Assembly (NCBI GenBank): GCA_963836755.1
Contig: CAWIKF010000002.1
Location: 1,664,001 to 1,728,000, forward strand
Direction: 5' to 3'
Length of the DNA stretch: 64,000 bases
Source of the DNA: an uncultured Verrucomicrobiae bacterium
GTDB taxonomy: Bacteria; Verrucomicrobiota; Verrucomicrobiia; Chthoniobacterales; Chthoniobacteraceae
This document shows, in pieces, positions 22,739 to 33,047 of this stretch. Below the pieces are notes generated by a model. It was not told the origin of the DNA and did not search any database. It saw only the letters and a list, made by a program, of their open reading frames with translations. Position 1 is the stretch's first letter, and each line of letters begins with the position of its first letter. The position numbers and the translations under genes were made by a program.

Positions 22739-25700
22739 ATGGCGAACAGCTTATCCGCACCATTCATCCGGCGGCCGGTGATGACGATGCTCCTCACCGT
22801 CACGGTCATTCTTTTCGGCATCATCGCGTTCCAAAAACTGCCGGTGAACGATTTGCCGGCAGTCGATTTCCCCGTCATCAACGTCAGCGTCAGCTATCCC
22901 GGCGCGACACCCGAGACGATGGCGAACAATGTCGCGACGCCGTTGGAAAAACAATTTCTGCAGATTCCCGGCCTCGACGTCATCACGTCTTCGAGCACGC
23001 AAGGCAACACGACTTTGACGCTGCAATTTGTGCTCAGCAAAAGCGTCGACGCCGCCGCGACCGACGTGCAGGCGTCGATCAATCAGGCCAGCGGCAGCCT
23101 CCCGCTCGACCTGCCATCGCCGCCGACTTTTACAAAGTTTAACCCGAACGATCAGCCGATCATTTACATCACCCTGACGAGCGACTCGTTGCCCGAAGGC
23201 CCGCTCTACGACTACGCGCAGAGCGAAATCGCGCAGCGGATCAACATCGTGCCCGGCGTGTCGCGGGTCGATATTTTCGGCTCAAAAGCGGCGATTCGAA
23301 TCAAGGCAGATCCGTCGAAACTCGCGGCGCGCGGGCTGACGGTGGACGATCTCGCAAAGGCGATTCAAGGCGGCACGAGCTATCAAGGCGCAGGCCAGTT
23401 TGACGGCAAGAACCGGACGTTTTTGCTGCAGCCGCAAGGACAGCTGACCAACGCGAAGGATTACGACAACTTGATCATCGGCGAGACGAAGGGTTCGCCG
23501 GTTTATTTGCGCGACGTCGCGAAGGCCGTTGATTCGCTTCAGGACGAACGGCAGGCGCGGCATTTTTGGTTCCGCGGCCACAACGTTCCGCCGACAAATA
23601 TCGTTCTCGCCGTTTCGCGCCAGGCCGGCGCGAACGCAGTGGCGACTGCGCGCGCGGTGCGCGACTTGTTGCCGGAGTTTCGCCGCGAATTGCCCGGCTC
23701 GATTCAGCTCATCCCGGTTTACGACCGCTCGATCACGATTCAAAACTCCGTTAACGACGTGAAAGAAACGCTCGTCATTGCGTTCGTGCTTGTTGTCTTG
23801 GTGATATTTCTCTTTCTCGGCCGCGCGAGCGATACTTTGATTCCAGTCGTCGCGCTGCCGATGTCGATGCTGCTGACTTTCATCGCGATGTATTGCCTCG
23901 GCTATTCGATCGACAATCTCTCGCTGCTCGCGCTCACGCTTTCGATAGGATTTCTCGTCGATGACGCGATTGTTTTTTTGGAAAATGCAGTGCGCCGCAT
24001 GGAAGGCGGAGAGACTGCGATGCAGGCCACGCTCAACGGCGCGAAAGAAATTTCGTTCACGATTTTGTCGATGACGCTTTCGCTCGCAGCGGTTTTCATC
24101 CCGCTCGTCTTCATGCCGGGATTGCTCGGCCGGCAGCTGCAGGAATTTGCCGTCACGATCATCATCGCGATCATCGCCTCGGGCGCAGTCTCGCTTTCGC
24201 TCACCCCGCTGATGTGTTCGCGAATGCTGGCGCGGCACGAAAATAAAACGCACAAGCCGTGGATGGAGCGGCAGGCGAATCGCGTGCTCGGCGGAGTGAT
24301 TTCGCGCTATGGCCGCACGCTCCATTTTTTCCTGGAGCACAAATGGATTTCCGCAGTCGCGTGGATCGTCTGTTTACTCGGCACCATCATTTTGTTTAAC
24401 GCCGTCCCAAAGTCGCTTTTGCCGACCGGCGACAGCAGTTTCATCCGCGGAATTTTTCAGGCGCAGGAAGGAACTTCACCGGACAAGATGCATGAGTATC
24501 AGAACAAAGTTGACGCCATTTTGCGCGACGATCCGGCCGTGGACATCGGGATCACGGTCTCTGGTTTGACCGGCCGAGTTTCTTCCTCGCAAGCGTTCAC
24601 GCTCGGGTTTTTGAAGCCGCCGGATGAGCGCGCGCCGATCGAAGCCGTGGCTGGCAGGCTGATGCAAAAAATGTCGCAGATTCCCGGGATCATGGCGTTT
24701 TTGCAGGCGAATCCTGTGCTGCAAATCAGCACCGGCGCAACCGCGACGACGCAGGGAAAATTTGCGTATTCGATCAGCGGGATCAATGCGGGCGAAGTCT
24801 ATCGAACGGCTGGCGAATTGATGGGCAAGCTGCGGGCGTATCCCGGTTTTCTCTTCGTCAATTCCGATCTCAAGCTCGACGCTCCGGATCTCGAAATCAG
24901 CGTCCTGCGCGATCAGGCGTCGAGTTACGGCGTGACCGATCAAACCGTTCTCGATGCGCTGCGAAACGCGTATTCACAGAACTACGTTTACCTCATCAAA
25001 AAAGCGACCGACGAATATCAGGTCGTTGTCGAGGTGAAGGACAGCGAACGGATGAATCCACAGGATCTCGCCAAACTTTATGTGCGCTCGAAAACTGGCG
25101 CGCTCGTGCCGCTGAACGCCGTCGCGACTTGGAAAGAAACGCTCGGGCCGCAGTCGGTCAACCACATCAATCAATTCCCGAGCGTCACCTTTTTCTTCAA
25201 CCTCGTGCCCGGCGCAGTCATTGGCGACGCGACAAAGTTCGTCGAAAAAACTGCGGCGGAAACTTTACCGCTAACCGTCAAAGGATCGCTGCAAGGTGAA
25301 GCACAAGTGTTCAAAGAAACGATCGCCGCGCTTGCTGTGCTGATGATCTTCGCTGTCTTCGCGATGTATGTGATTCTCGGCATTCTCTACGAAAGTTATG
25401 TGCACCCGATCACCGTGCTGACCGCGCTCCCGGTCGCCACCGTCGGCGGGCTTGCGACATTGCTGCTTTTCGGTCAGGAAGCTTCACTTTACGCATACGT
25501 CGGCATGTTTTTGCTAATTGGAATTGTTAAAAAGAACGGGATCATGATGATCGACTTCGCGCTGCAGCGCATGGCCGACGGTCTCAACCGCGTGGATGCG
25601 GTGCACGAGGCGTGCCTCGAGCGTTTCCGGCCGATCATGATGACGACGTTCGCTGCGTTGATGGGTGCGGTGCCGCTCGCGCTCGGCCACGGCGCGGACG

Positions 25701-25915
25701 GAAAATCGCGCATGCCGCTCGGTCTCATCATCGTCGGCGGGCTTGTCGTGTCGCAGCTTATCACGCTCTACGTCACGCCGGCGCTGTTTTTATATATGGA
25801 AGCGTTCCAGGAAAACGTGCTCGATAAATACGCATTCTTCCGCTCGCACCGCGTGCGGCATGTGGACATCGCGCACGATGCAGCGCCGCCGGAACCGCCG
25901 CCCGCGCTTGCGTAG
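22739..25915 (+). CDS. RND efflux permease (MdtB/MdtC-like)
   Basis: FIRRPV, GFLVDDAIV, GIVKKNGIMMIDFA, RFRPIMMTT. Confidence 0.96.
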   Translation: MANSLSAPFIRRPVMTMLLTVTVILFGIIAFQKLPVNDLPAVDFPVINVSVSYPGATPETMANNVATPLEKQFLQIPGLDVITSSSTQGNTTLTLQFVLSKSVDAAATDVQASINQASGSLPLDLPSPPTFTKFNPNDQPIIYITLTSDSLPEGPLYDYAQSEIAQRINIVPGVSRVDIFGSKAAIRIKADPSKLAARGLTVDDLAKAIQGGTSYQGAGQFDGKNRTFLLQPQGQLTNAKDYDNLIIGETKGSPVYLRDVAKAVDSLQDERQARHFWFRGHNVPPTNIVLAVSRQAGANAVATARAVRDLLPEFRRELPGSIQLIPVYDRSITIQNSVNDVKETLVIAFVLVVLVIFLFLGRASDTLIPVVALPMSMLLTFIAMYCLGYSIDNLSLLALTLSIGFLVDDAIVFLENAVRRMEGGETAMQATLNGAKEISFTILSMTLSLAAVFIPLVFMPGLLGRQLQEFAVTIIIAIIASGAVSLSLTPLMCSRMLARHENKTHKPWMERQANRVLGGVISRYGRTLHFFLEHKWISAVAWIVCLLGTIILFNAVPKSLLPTGDSSFIRGIFQAQEGTSPDKMHEYQNKVDAILRDDPAVDIGITVSGLTGRVSSSQAFTLGFLKPPDERAPIEAVAGRLMQKMSQIPGIMAFLQANPVLQISTGATATTQGKFAYSISGINAGEVYRTAGELMGKLRAYPGFLFVNSDLKLDAPDLEISVLRDQASSYGVTDQTVLDALRNAYSQNYVYLIKKATDEYQVVVEVKDSERMNPQDLAKLYVRSKTGALVPLNAVATWKETLGPQSVNHINQFPSVTFFFNLVPGAVIGDATKFVEKTAAETLPLTVKGSLQGEAQVFKETIAALAVLMIFAVFAMYVILGILYESYVHPITVLTALPVATVGGLATLLLFGQEASLYAYVGMFLLIGIVKKNGIMMIDFALQRMADGLNRVDAVHEACLERFRPIMMTTFAALMGAVPLALGHGADGKSRMPLGLIIVGGLVVSQLITLYVTPALFLYMEAFQENVLDKYAFFRSHRVRHVDIAHDAAPPEPPPALA

Positions 25916-25978
25916 CCGCATTTCGTCGCGACGGAATTTTGCTGCTGCAATCGCCCCGGGTTTGCGCAGAATCAGGGC

Positions 25979-26623
25979 ATGCAGAAAAGTCTCATCGGCT
26001 GTCTCCTCGCGGTATTTGCCGCGCTCATCATCGCCGTCATTCTCGCCGTCGTCAGCGGCATCGGAATTTACAATCACCTCGTGGGCCTCTCGCAAAGCGT
26101 CGATGCGCAATGGGCGCAGGTCGAAAACGTCTATCAGCGCCGCAACGACCTCATCCCGAATCTCGTCAACACCGTGTCGGGCTCGGCCAATTTTGAAAAA
26201 TCGACCCTGACCGAAATCACGAATGCGCGCGCATCGGTGGGACAGTTGAAAATCGACCCGAACAGCGCGCCGACCGATCCACAGAAGCTCGCTCAGTTTC
26301 AACAGGCGCAGGAACGTCTCGGCGGCGCGCTCTCGCGATTGCTCGTCGTCGTAGAACGCTATCCCGATTTGAAATCGACGACGAACTTTCGCGATTTACA
26401 AGCCGAGATCGCGGGGACTGAAAACCGCATCGCCGAGCAGCGGCGGCAATTCAACGAAATCACGCGGAGCTACGATACCGCGGTGAAAAGTTTTCCGACC
26501 GTCTTCTTCGCGCGAATGCTCGGCTTTCAACCAAAGCCTTATTTTCAGGCGACTGCGGGCTCCGAAGTTCCGCCAAAAGTCAGCTTCGATTTCAGCGGCG
26601 CGACGCCGGCGCCCGCGCACTGA
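25979..26623 (+). CDS. lemA: LemA family protein
   Basis: YQRRNDLIPNLV, VERYPDLKS, ENRI, FPT. Confidence 0.95.
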   Translation: MQKSLIGCLLAVFAALIIAVILAVVSGIGIYNHLVGLSQSVDAQWAQVENVYQRRNDLIPNLVNTVSGSANFEKSTLTEITNARASVGQLKIDPNSAPTDPQKLAQFQQAQERLGGALSRLLVVVERYPDLKSTTNFRDLQAEIAGTENRIAEQRRQFNEITRSYDTAVKSFPTVFFARMLGFQPKPYFQATAGSEVPPKVSFDFSGATPAPAH

Positions 26624-26683
26624 AGTTTGATTCCATCGCTCTCTCGCGGATAAAGCACCGATCAAACGTTGGTTTTCCCATCC

Positions 26684-27508
26684 ATGTTTCATCCGTCTCA
26701 ATCGCTCGCGAAAATCTTCGCCTTTATTTTTCTCACCGGCTTCGCGCGGGCTGAGACGCTCCCGGCCGCACCGCAACATTATTTTAACGACTACGCGCAC
26801 GTCGTCAGCGCGCCGGTCGCGCAGCAACTCAACTCGCAGCTCGAGCAATTTGAGCGCGACACTTCGAATCAAATTCGCGTCGTCATTTTTCCAAAAATGC
26901 AAAGCGATGATTCGGTGCAGAGCTACACGCTGCGCCTCGCGCAGGCATGGGGAATCGGGCAGAAAGAGGTTTCCAACGGCGCCGTCCTTTTCGTTTTCGT
27001 GCAAGACCATCAGATGTTTTTGCAAGTCGGCTACGGCCTCGAAGGCGCGCTCACCGACGCGCTCTGCAAAGACATCATCTCCGACCAAATCGCGCCGCGT
27101 TTCAAGGCCGGGGACTACGATGGCGGCGTGCGCGCTGGCGTGAACTCAATCCTCGCTGCGACGCGCGGCGAATACAAAGGGACCGGTCGCACGAATGCCG
27201 AGACGCGCGGTGCGGCGAATGGCGGCCCGTGGTGGCTGAACTTCATCGTCAACCACTTCTTCCTCGTTTTTATTCTCCTGGTCCTCCTCCTGCATCTGCG
27301 CCGCCGCCGCGGTTCCACTTACAATTCGCGCGGCGCTTCGCACCCGTTCCTGCGCGGGATGTTCACCGGCTGGTATCTCTCCGGCGGCGGTGGCGGAGGC
27401 GGATGGAGTTCCGGTGGGGCGGTGGATTTTCCGGCGGAGGCGGCGGCGGATTTTCGTCGGGCGGTGGAGGTGGATTCGGCGGCGGCGGCTGCGGGAGGGA
27501 GCTGGTAA
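26684..27508 (+). CDS. TPM domain protein (YgcG-like) with Gly-rich tail altered by compensating indels
   Basis: NDYAHV, WGIGQK..NG, VGYGLEGALTD, F..GDY..G, TM helix, ends GGSW. Confidence 0.9.
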   Translation: MFHPSQSLAKIFAFIFLTGFARAETLPAAPQHYFNDYAHVVSAPVAQQLNSQLEQFERDTSNQIRVVIFPKMQSDDSVQSYTLRLAQAWGIGQKEVSNGAVLFVFVQDHQMFLQVGYGLEGALTDALCKDIISDQIAPRFKAGDYDGGVRAGVNSILAATRGEYKGTGRTNAETRGAANGGPWWLNFIVNHFFLVFILLVLLLHLRRRRGSTYNSRGASHPFLRGMFTGWYLSGGGGGGGWSSGGAVDFPAEAAADFRRAVEVDSAAAAAGGSW

Positions 27509-27510
27509 AC

Positions 27511-27945
27511 ATGCATCCGCTCGATTTTTTGCGGCAGCTGGAAGATGGAAAAATTGTCGGCGCGATCGGCGACGCAGAATCACGCACGAGCGGCCAGATT
27601 AGCGTCTGGATTTCGCAAAGAAACGTCAGCGACCCAGTCGCAGCGGCGCAGCGGCGATTTAAAAAACTCGGAATGGCGAAGACGAAAAATCGCAGCGCCG
27701 TGCTGCTCTACTTCGCGCCGCGCGCGCGCAAGTTCGCGATCATCGGCGACACCGGCGTCCATGAAAAATGCGGCGCAGAATTCTGGTCAAAACTTGCGGC
27801 GCAGCTCACGCACGACATCCATGAAATGCCGATGACGGATGCGATCATAAACGCGATCCGCACAGTCGGCACGCTGCTGGCCGCGCATTTTCCGCATAGG
27901 CGCGGCGGCGCGAATGAGCTACCAGACAAAGTTGGCCGCGATTGA
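27511..27945 (+). CDS. Short TPM domain protein
   Basis: [31 protein letters not shown]; third gene of the usual lemA-TPM-TPM cluster. Confidence 0.9.
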   Translation: MHPLDFLRQLEDGKIVGAIGDAESRTSGQISVWISQRNVSDPVAAAQRRFKKLGMAKTKNRSAVLLYFAPRARKFAIIGDTGVHEKCGAEFWSKLAAQLTHDIHEMPMTDAIINAIRTVGTLLAAHFPHRRGGANELPDKVGRD

Positions 27946-28000
27946 TCCAGTAAAGAAAATCTTACCGCAAAGCTGCGGGCAGTTTACGATTATTCCGGTG

Positions 28001-29341
28001 ATGAAATACCCCGAGCTTCCGCCTTTCGACCACCAGCCGCAGCTTTACGATGGGCCGTCGGCGGAGGATGTGCTGGCGCGGCGCCGGCAGGTTTTGAACC
28101 CCGGAATTTTTCTCTATTATCAAAAGCCGCTCATGCTCGTGGAAGGCCGCGCGCAGTATGTTTACGATGAAAAAGGAAAGCGCTATCTCGATGCGCTCGG
28201 CGGGATCGTGACGGTGAGCGTCGGGCATTGTCATCCGCACGTTGTCGCGGCGGCGCATCGGCAAAACGAGCGCCTGCAGCATTCGACGACGATTTATCTG
28301 CACCCGAACATCGTCGAGTATGCGGAAGCGCTCGTGGCGAAAATGCCGGGCGAGCTGAAAGTGGTTTATTTCGTCAACTCCGGCTCGGAGGCGAATGACC
28401 TCGCGTTGCTGATGGCGCGGGCTTTCACGGGAAATTACGACGCGATTGCGCTGCGCAATTGCTACCACGGCGGCAACATGTCGGCGATGGGGCTGACGTC
28501 GCATCACACGTGGAAATACAACGTGCCGCACAGCTTCGGCGTGCATCACGCGCTCACGCCTGATCCGTATCGCGGCGTGTGGGGCCGCGACGATGCGGAC
28601 GCGGGGAAAAAATACGCGGCGGATGTGCAGAGTTTGATCGATTACGCGACGCCCGGAAAGCTCGCGGCGTTCATTGCGGAGTCGATCCAGGGCGTCGGCG
28701 GCTGCATCGTGTTTCCGGACGGGTATTTAAAAAATGTTTACGCGCACGTTCGCGCCGCGGGCGGCGTCTGCATCGCCGATGAAGTCCAGGCGGGCTTCGG
28801 CCGCACCGGCTCGAACTTTTGGGGTTTTGAAACGCAGGGCGTCGTGCCCGACATCGTCACGATGGCCAAAGGCATCGGCAACGGCGCGCCGCTCGCGGCA
28901 GTCGTCACCACGCCGCAGATCGCGCAGACACTCGCGCAGCGCATCCATTTCAACACCTTCGGCGGCAATCCCGTCGTCTGCGCGCAAGGCAAAGCCGTGC
29001 TCGAAGTCATCGAGCGCGAGGGTTTGCAAAACAATTCTGCGCAGATCGGCGCGCGCATTTTTGCGGGTCTCGAAAAGTTGCGCGACAAGCACAACATCAT
29101 CGGCGACGTGCGCGGCAAAGGCCTCATGCTCGGCATCGAGCTCGTGAAAGATCGCGCGACGAAAGAGCCCGCGAAACCGGAATGCGCGCAGGTCGTCGAG
29201 CGCTGCCGCGACCTCGGTCTGCTGCTTGGCAAAGGCGGACTTTGGGGCCAGACGATTCGCTTCGCGCCGCCGATGTGCATCACAGAAGCCGACGCGGACT
29301 TTCTGATCAACGCGCTCGATTGCGCCTTCGCCGGATTATGA
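28001..29341 (+). CDS. Class III PLP aminotransferase (AGXT2 / beta-alanine:pyruvate-like)
   Basis: [49 protein letters not shown]. Confidence 0.93.
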   Translation: MKYPELPPFDHQPQLYDGPSAEDVLARRRQVLNPGIFLYYQKPLMLVEGRAQYVYDEKGKRYLDALGGIVTVSVGHCHPHVVAAAHRQNERLQHSTTIYLHPNIVEYAEALVAKMPGELKVVYFVNSGSEANDLALLMARAFTGNYDAIALRNCYHGGNMSAMGLTSHHTWKYNVPHSFGVHHALTPDPYRGVWGRDDADAGKKYAADVQSLIDYATPGKLAAFIAESIQGVGGCIVFPDGYLKNVYAHVRAAGGVCIADEVQAGFGRTGSNFWGFETQGVVPDIVTMAKGIGNGAPLAAVVTTPQIAQTLAQRIHFNTFGGNPVVCAQGKAVLEVIEREGLQNNSAQIGARIFAGLEKLRDKHNIIGDVRGKGLMLGIELVKDRATKEPAKPECAQVVERCRDLGLLLGKGGLWGQTIRFAPPMCITEADADFLINALDCAFAGL

Positions 29342-30180
29342 GCGCACGAATTCTTTCTCATCGTTACGGCAAAGGGCGCGTTCGTGTTTTGAAAATTTTG
29401 CGCACCGGCGCAGTGCACGCGATCAAGGAACTCGACGTGACCGTGAGCCTCGATGGCGATTTTGAAAGCGCCTACACCGCCGGCGACAACAGCAAAATTG
29501 TCGCGACTGACACCGTGAAAAATACGATCAACGTTCTCGCGCACCGGCATCTCGGCGAGGAAAACGAACGCTTCGTGCTGCTTCTCGCGCGGCATTTTTT
29601 GGAAAAATATCCGCAGGTTTCCGCAGTCAGCGCGATGGCTGTCGAGCGCGCATGGCAGCGGTTGCAAATCGCCGCGAAGCCGCATCCCCACAGCTTTGCG
29701 CAGACACAAGGCGCGCGTCCGTTCACGCGCGTGGATGCGACGCGCGAGGAGCACAGCATTCAATCCGGCATCGAGGATCTGCTGATTCTGAAATCGACCG
29801 AGTCGGCGTTTGAGGGATATCCGGCCTGCGAATTTACGACGCTGCCGGAGACGAAGGATCGCATCCTGGCGACGTCTCTTTCGGCGACTTGGGCATGGTC
29901 CGGCGAGCCCGCGAATTATGCCACGTCCGACGCGGCAATCCTCGACGCGATGCTCGTGCCATTCGCGGAAAAGTTTAGCCCGTCAGTGCAGGCGACGCTG
30001 TTTGAAATGGGCAGCGCGGCTCTCGAAGCGTGCGCGGAGATTTCAAAAATCCATCTTTCGATGCCGAACAAACATTGCCTGCTCATCGACCTCAAACCGT
30101 TTTCCATCGAAAATAAGAACGAACTTTTCGTGCCGGTGGAGGAACCGCAGGGGCAAATCGAGGCGACCGTTGGGCGGTGA
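29338..30180 (+). CDS. pucL: Urate oxidase (uricase)
   Basis: [40 protein letters not shown]. The ATG overlaps the upstream stop. Confidence 0.95.
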   Translation: MSARILSHRYGKGRVRVLKILRTGAVHAIKELDVTVSLDGDFESAYTAGDNSKIVATDTVKNTINVLAHRHLGEENERFVLLLARHFLEKYPQVSAVSAMAVERAWQRLQIAAKPHPHSFAQTQGARPFTRVDATREEHSIQSGIEDLLILKSTESAFEGYPACEFTTLPETKDRILATSLSATWAWSGEPANYATSDAAILDAMLVPFAEKFSPSVQATLFEMGSAALEACAEISKIHLSMPNKHCLLIDLKPFSIENKNELFVPVEEPQGQIEATVGR

Positions 30181-30192
30181 ACAGCGGACGAA

Positions 30193-31008
30193 ATGGAACT
30201 TCTCGATGAGTTGATCGCCGCGCGCGCTGCGCGCCGCGCATGCGCGCTCGTCACGATCGCAGAGACGCGCGGATCGGCTCCACGAGCCGCTGGCGCGAAG
30301 ATGCTCGTTTATTTCACCGGGGATATTTCGGGAACGATCGGCGGCGGAAAGTTTGAAGCGCTGGTCGTTGAGGATGCGCGCGCGGCGATGCGCGGGAAGG
30401 CCGCGCCGGTGTTGAAAAAGTATCCGCTGCGCGAAAACGAAGCGGAATCTTTTGGCGCGATCTGCGGCGGCGAGGTGACGGTGTTGATCGAGCCTCAACT
30501 TCCGGCGACGGAACTTTTTCTCATCGGCGCGGGCCATTGCTCGCGCGCGATTGCGCGGCTCGCGCAAGAGTGCGGATTTTTCGTGACGGTGGTCGATGAC
30601 CGTGCGGATTTGCTCGCCGATTTTTCCGATGCGCACGAGCGTGTTTCCGAAACGCCGGAGCATTTCATCGCCGCGCGCCAATGGCAGCCGGACGAGGTGC
30701 TCGTGATCGCGAGCCGCAATTTCGAGATTGATCAAAACGCGCTCGGGGCTGCGTTGCAGCAGCCGCCGTGCGGCTACGTCGGAATGATTGGCAGCAAAAC
30801 TAAAGTGCAACGCGTGTTCAAAGAATTGGCTAGTCGCGGCATCGCCGCGGAAAGGTTGCGCAGCGTCTTTGCGCCGCTCGGGCTCGACATCGGGGCCGAT
30901 TCACCGGCCGAAATTGCGGTGAGTGTGATGGCGGAAATTTTGCAGGTGATGCGCGGCCGACGGGGCGGACATCTGAAAATGCAAAGCGGCGCCGATTCCG
31001 CCGCGTGA
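30193..31008 (+). CDS. xdhC: XdhC/CoxI family molybdenum cofactor chaperone
   Basis: GSAPR..GAKM, GTIGGG, CGG, GAGH, YVGMIGS, PLGLDIGA.SPAEIAVS. Confidence 0.92.
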   Translation: MELLDELIAARAARRACALVTIAETRGSAPRAAGAKMLVYFTGDISGTIGGGKFEALVVEDARAAMRGKAAPVLKKYPLRENEAESFGAICGGEVTVLIEPQLPATELFLIGAGHCSRAIARLAQECGFFVTVVDDRADLLADFSDAHERVSETPEHFIAARQWQPDEVLVIASRNFEIDQNALGAALQQPPCGYVGMIGSKTKVQRVFKELASRGIAAERLRSVFAPLGLDIGADSPAEIAVSVMAEILQVMRGRRGGHLKMQSGADSAA

Positions 31009-31060
31009 AACTTTGACGCCAGTTTGAGCTGCCCGAAAAGTCGCGTATCGTGCGACTTCG

Positions 31061-31615
31061 ATGAATTTCTGGATCAAACTCGGAGCCGCCGTGCTGGCCG
31101 TCTGGCTGGTGGCGGCGGGCGTCGTGCTGATCGCGCGCGCGCAGAAGGCGACGCCGGAAAAAGTTGCCGCGTATTTTCGCGAAGACATGTCGGCCGAGAC
31201 GAGTGCGGAGCGGGCGCGGCATATCGCGCGTGCGGCGTCGATGTTGAACGAGCTGACATTCGAGGAGCGGCAGCAATTGCGCGGCGATCGCGAGCAGGAA
31301 AAGTTTTTCCGCCAGCTCACGCCGGACGAGCAGGGGAAGTTTCTCGACGCGACGCTGCCGACGGGATTCCGGCAGATGATGGAAAATTTCAACCGAATGG
31401 ATCCGGTGAAGCGGAAGCAATTCGTCGATCGCGCGCTGGCGCAAATGAAGGCGCACGAGGGCGACGCGCCGCCGCCGCGGCATCTCGATGACAAGAATGT
31501 GCAAAAGATCGTCAGCCAGGGGCTGCATTCTTTTTACAACGACTCGAGCGCTGACGTGAAACTCGACCTCGCGCCGTTGATCGAGGAGATGCAGAAAACC
31601 AATTTCGGCCGATGA
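31061..31615 (+). CDS. Membrane-anchored helical hypothetical protein
   Basis: N-terminal TM helix, LT.EE/LTPDEQ motifs; ATGA-coupled to the next gene. Confidence 0.75.
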   Translation: MNFWIKLGAAVLAVWLVAAGVVLIARAQKATPEKVAAYFREDMSAETSAERARHIARAASMLNELTFEERQQLRGDREQEKFFRQLTPDEQGKFLDATLPTGFRQMMENFNRMDPVKRKQFVDRALAQMKAHEGDAPPPRHLDDKNVQKIVSQGLHSFYNDSSADVKLDLAPLIEEMQKTNFGR

Positions 31616-32133
31616 AGGCGCGCGCTTTTACGCTCATCGAGTTGCTCGTCGTGATCGGAATTATCGCGGTGCTCGCGGCGATTTTGTTTCCGGTGACGCG
31701 CCGCATGATCGCGAACGGCCGCGCGACGGCGTGCATTTCAAATGAGCGCCAGATCGGCCTCGCGCTGAATCTTTACCTCAATGACAACGACATGAAAATG
31801 CCGACGCTCGCCGCCGGCCGGCACAACCTCAGCGAAGATCTCGCCGTCATCGACAACACGCTCAACCGCTACGTCAGCGACGCGCGCGTCTTTGCCTGCC
31901 CAGCCGACTCGGCGAACCTCGCGGCGACGACCGGCACGAGCTATTACTGGAACACTGCGGTCAACGGCCAGGCGGTCAGCGGCCTCAGTTTTCTCTTCAT
32001 CACCGACCCGACGCACATCCCGATCCTCGCCGACAAGCAGGGCTTCCACCTTTACGCCGACAACAAGGTGAACATCCTCTACGCCGACGGACACGCCACA
32101 CGCGACATCACGTTTTTCACTGGCGGCCAATGA
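31612..32133 (+). CDS. Prepilin-type N-terminal cleavage/methylation protein with H-X9-DG-like C-terminus
   Basis: AFTLIELLVVIGIIAVLAAIL, C.SN.RQIG, F.CP.D, H…N.LYADGH. Confidence 0.92.
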   Translation: MKARAFTLIELLVVIGIIAVLAAILFPVTRRMIANGRATACISNERQIGLALNLYLNDNDMKMPTLAAGRHNLSEDLAVIDNTLNRYVSDARVFACPADSANLAATTGTSYYWNTAVNGQAVSGLSFLFITDPTHIPILADKQGFHLYADNKVNILYADGHATRDITFFTGGQ

Positions 32134-33047
32134 TCCGGCTCGCCGCGCTCTCGAAAAAATTTAACGGAAAGCCGGCGCTCGCGGACCTCACGCTCGAGAT
32201 TCCGCGCGGCGAAATCTTCGGCCTGCTCGGCCACAACGGCGCGGGCAAAAGCACGACGTTCGGCTTGATCCTCGGCCAGATTTATCCCGATGCCGGCGAG
32301 GCTTTCATCCGCGATGTCTCGGTGCAAAAAAGTCGCGCGACGGCGTTGGCGCGCGTCGGCGCGATCTTCGAGGCGCCCGCGTTTTACGAATACCTCAGCG
32401 GCTGGCGCAACCTCGAGATTTTCACCAGCTACTCGGGCCGCGTCACGCGCGATGAGATGCGCGAAGTCATCCAGCTCGTCGGCCTCGAGGCGCGCATCGG
32501 CGACGCCGTGCGAGTTTACAGCCACGGGATGCGGCAGCGGCTAGCGCTCGCGCAGGCGCTTTTGCCCGCGCCGGAAGTCGTCCTGCTCGACGAGCCGACC
32601 GAGGGGCTCGATCCCGAGGGCATTCACGAAATGCGGCACTTGATTCAAAAGCTCAACCGCGACCGCGGTCTCACCGTGCTCCTCTCCTCGCATCTGCTCT
32701 CGGAAGTCGAGGTGCTTTGCGACCGCGTGGCAATCCTCAACCGCGGCCAGCTCGTTTTCAACGGCAGCTGGACGCAGCTCGAAGTAAAACAAACGCAGTT
32801 CCGCATCGCTGTGGACGATTGGGAAAAAGCCGCGCCGATCGCCATCGCATGTGGGGCAACTTTGCTCGAGCCCGGCCTCATCGCGTTGGAAACCGACATC
32901 GCCGATCTCGTCGAGAAGCTCGTCTTCAGCGGCTTTCGCGTCCGCGCGGTCGAGCCGGTGAAGCGGACGCTCGAGCAAATCTATCTCGACACCATCTCCA
33001 CCGCGTCCAGCCTTCGCGACGGCGCACCCGCCGCCAAAACCCCGTGA
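32130..33047 (+). CDS. ABC transporter ATP-binding protein
   Basis: GHNGAGKST, YSHGMRQR, LLDEP, SSH. Confidence 0.95.
   Translation: MIRLAALSKKFNGKPALADLTLEIPRGEIFGLLGHNGAGKSTTFGLILGQIYPDAGEAFIRDVSVQKSRATALARVGAIFEAPAFYEYLSGWRNLEIFTSYSGRVTRDEMREVIQLVGLEARIGDAVRVYSHGMRQRLALAQALLPAPEVVLLDEPTEGLDPEGIHEMRHLIQKLNRDRGLTVLLSSHLLSEVEVLCDRVAILNRGQLVFNGSWTQLEVKQTQFRIAVDDWEKAAPIAIACGATLLEPGLIALETDIADLVEKLVFSGFRVRAVEPVKRTLEQIYLDTISTASSLRDGAPAAKTP

Noticed and set aside
26947..27945. 332-aa ORF as a single gene
   Set aside because: It is a composite of the out-of-frame Gly tail of the first TPM gene and the real short TPM gene starting at 27511.
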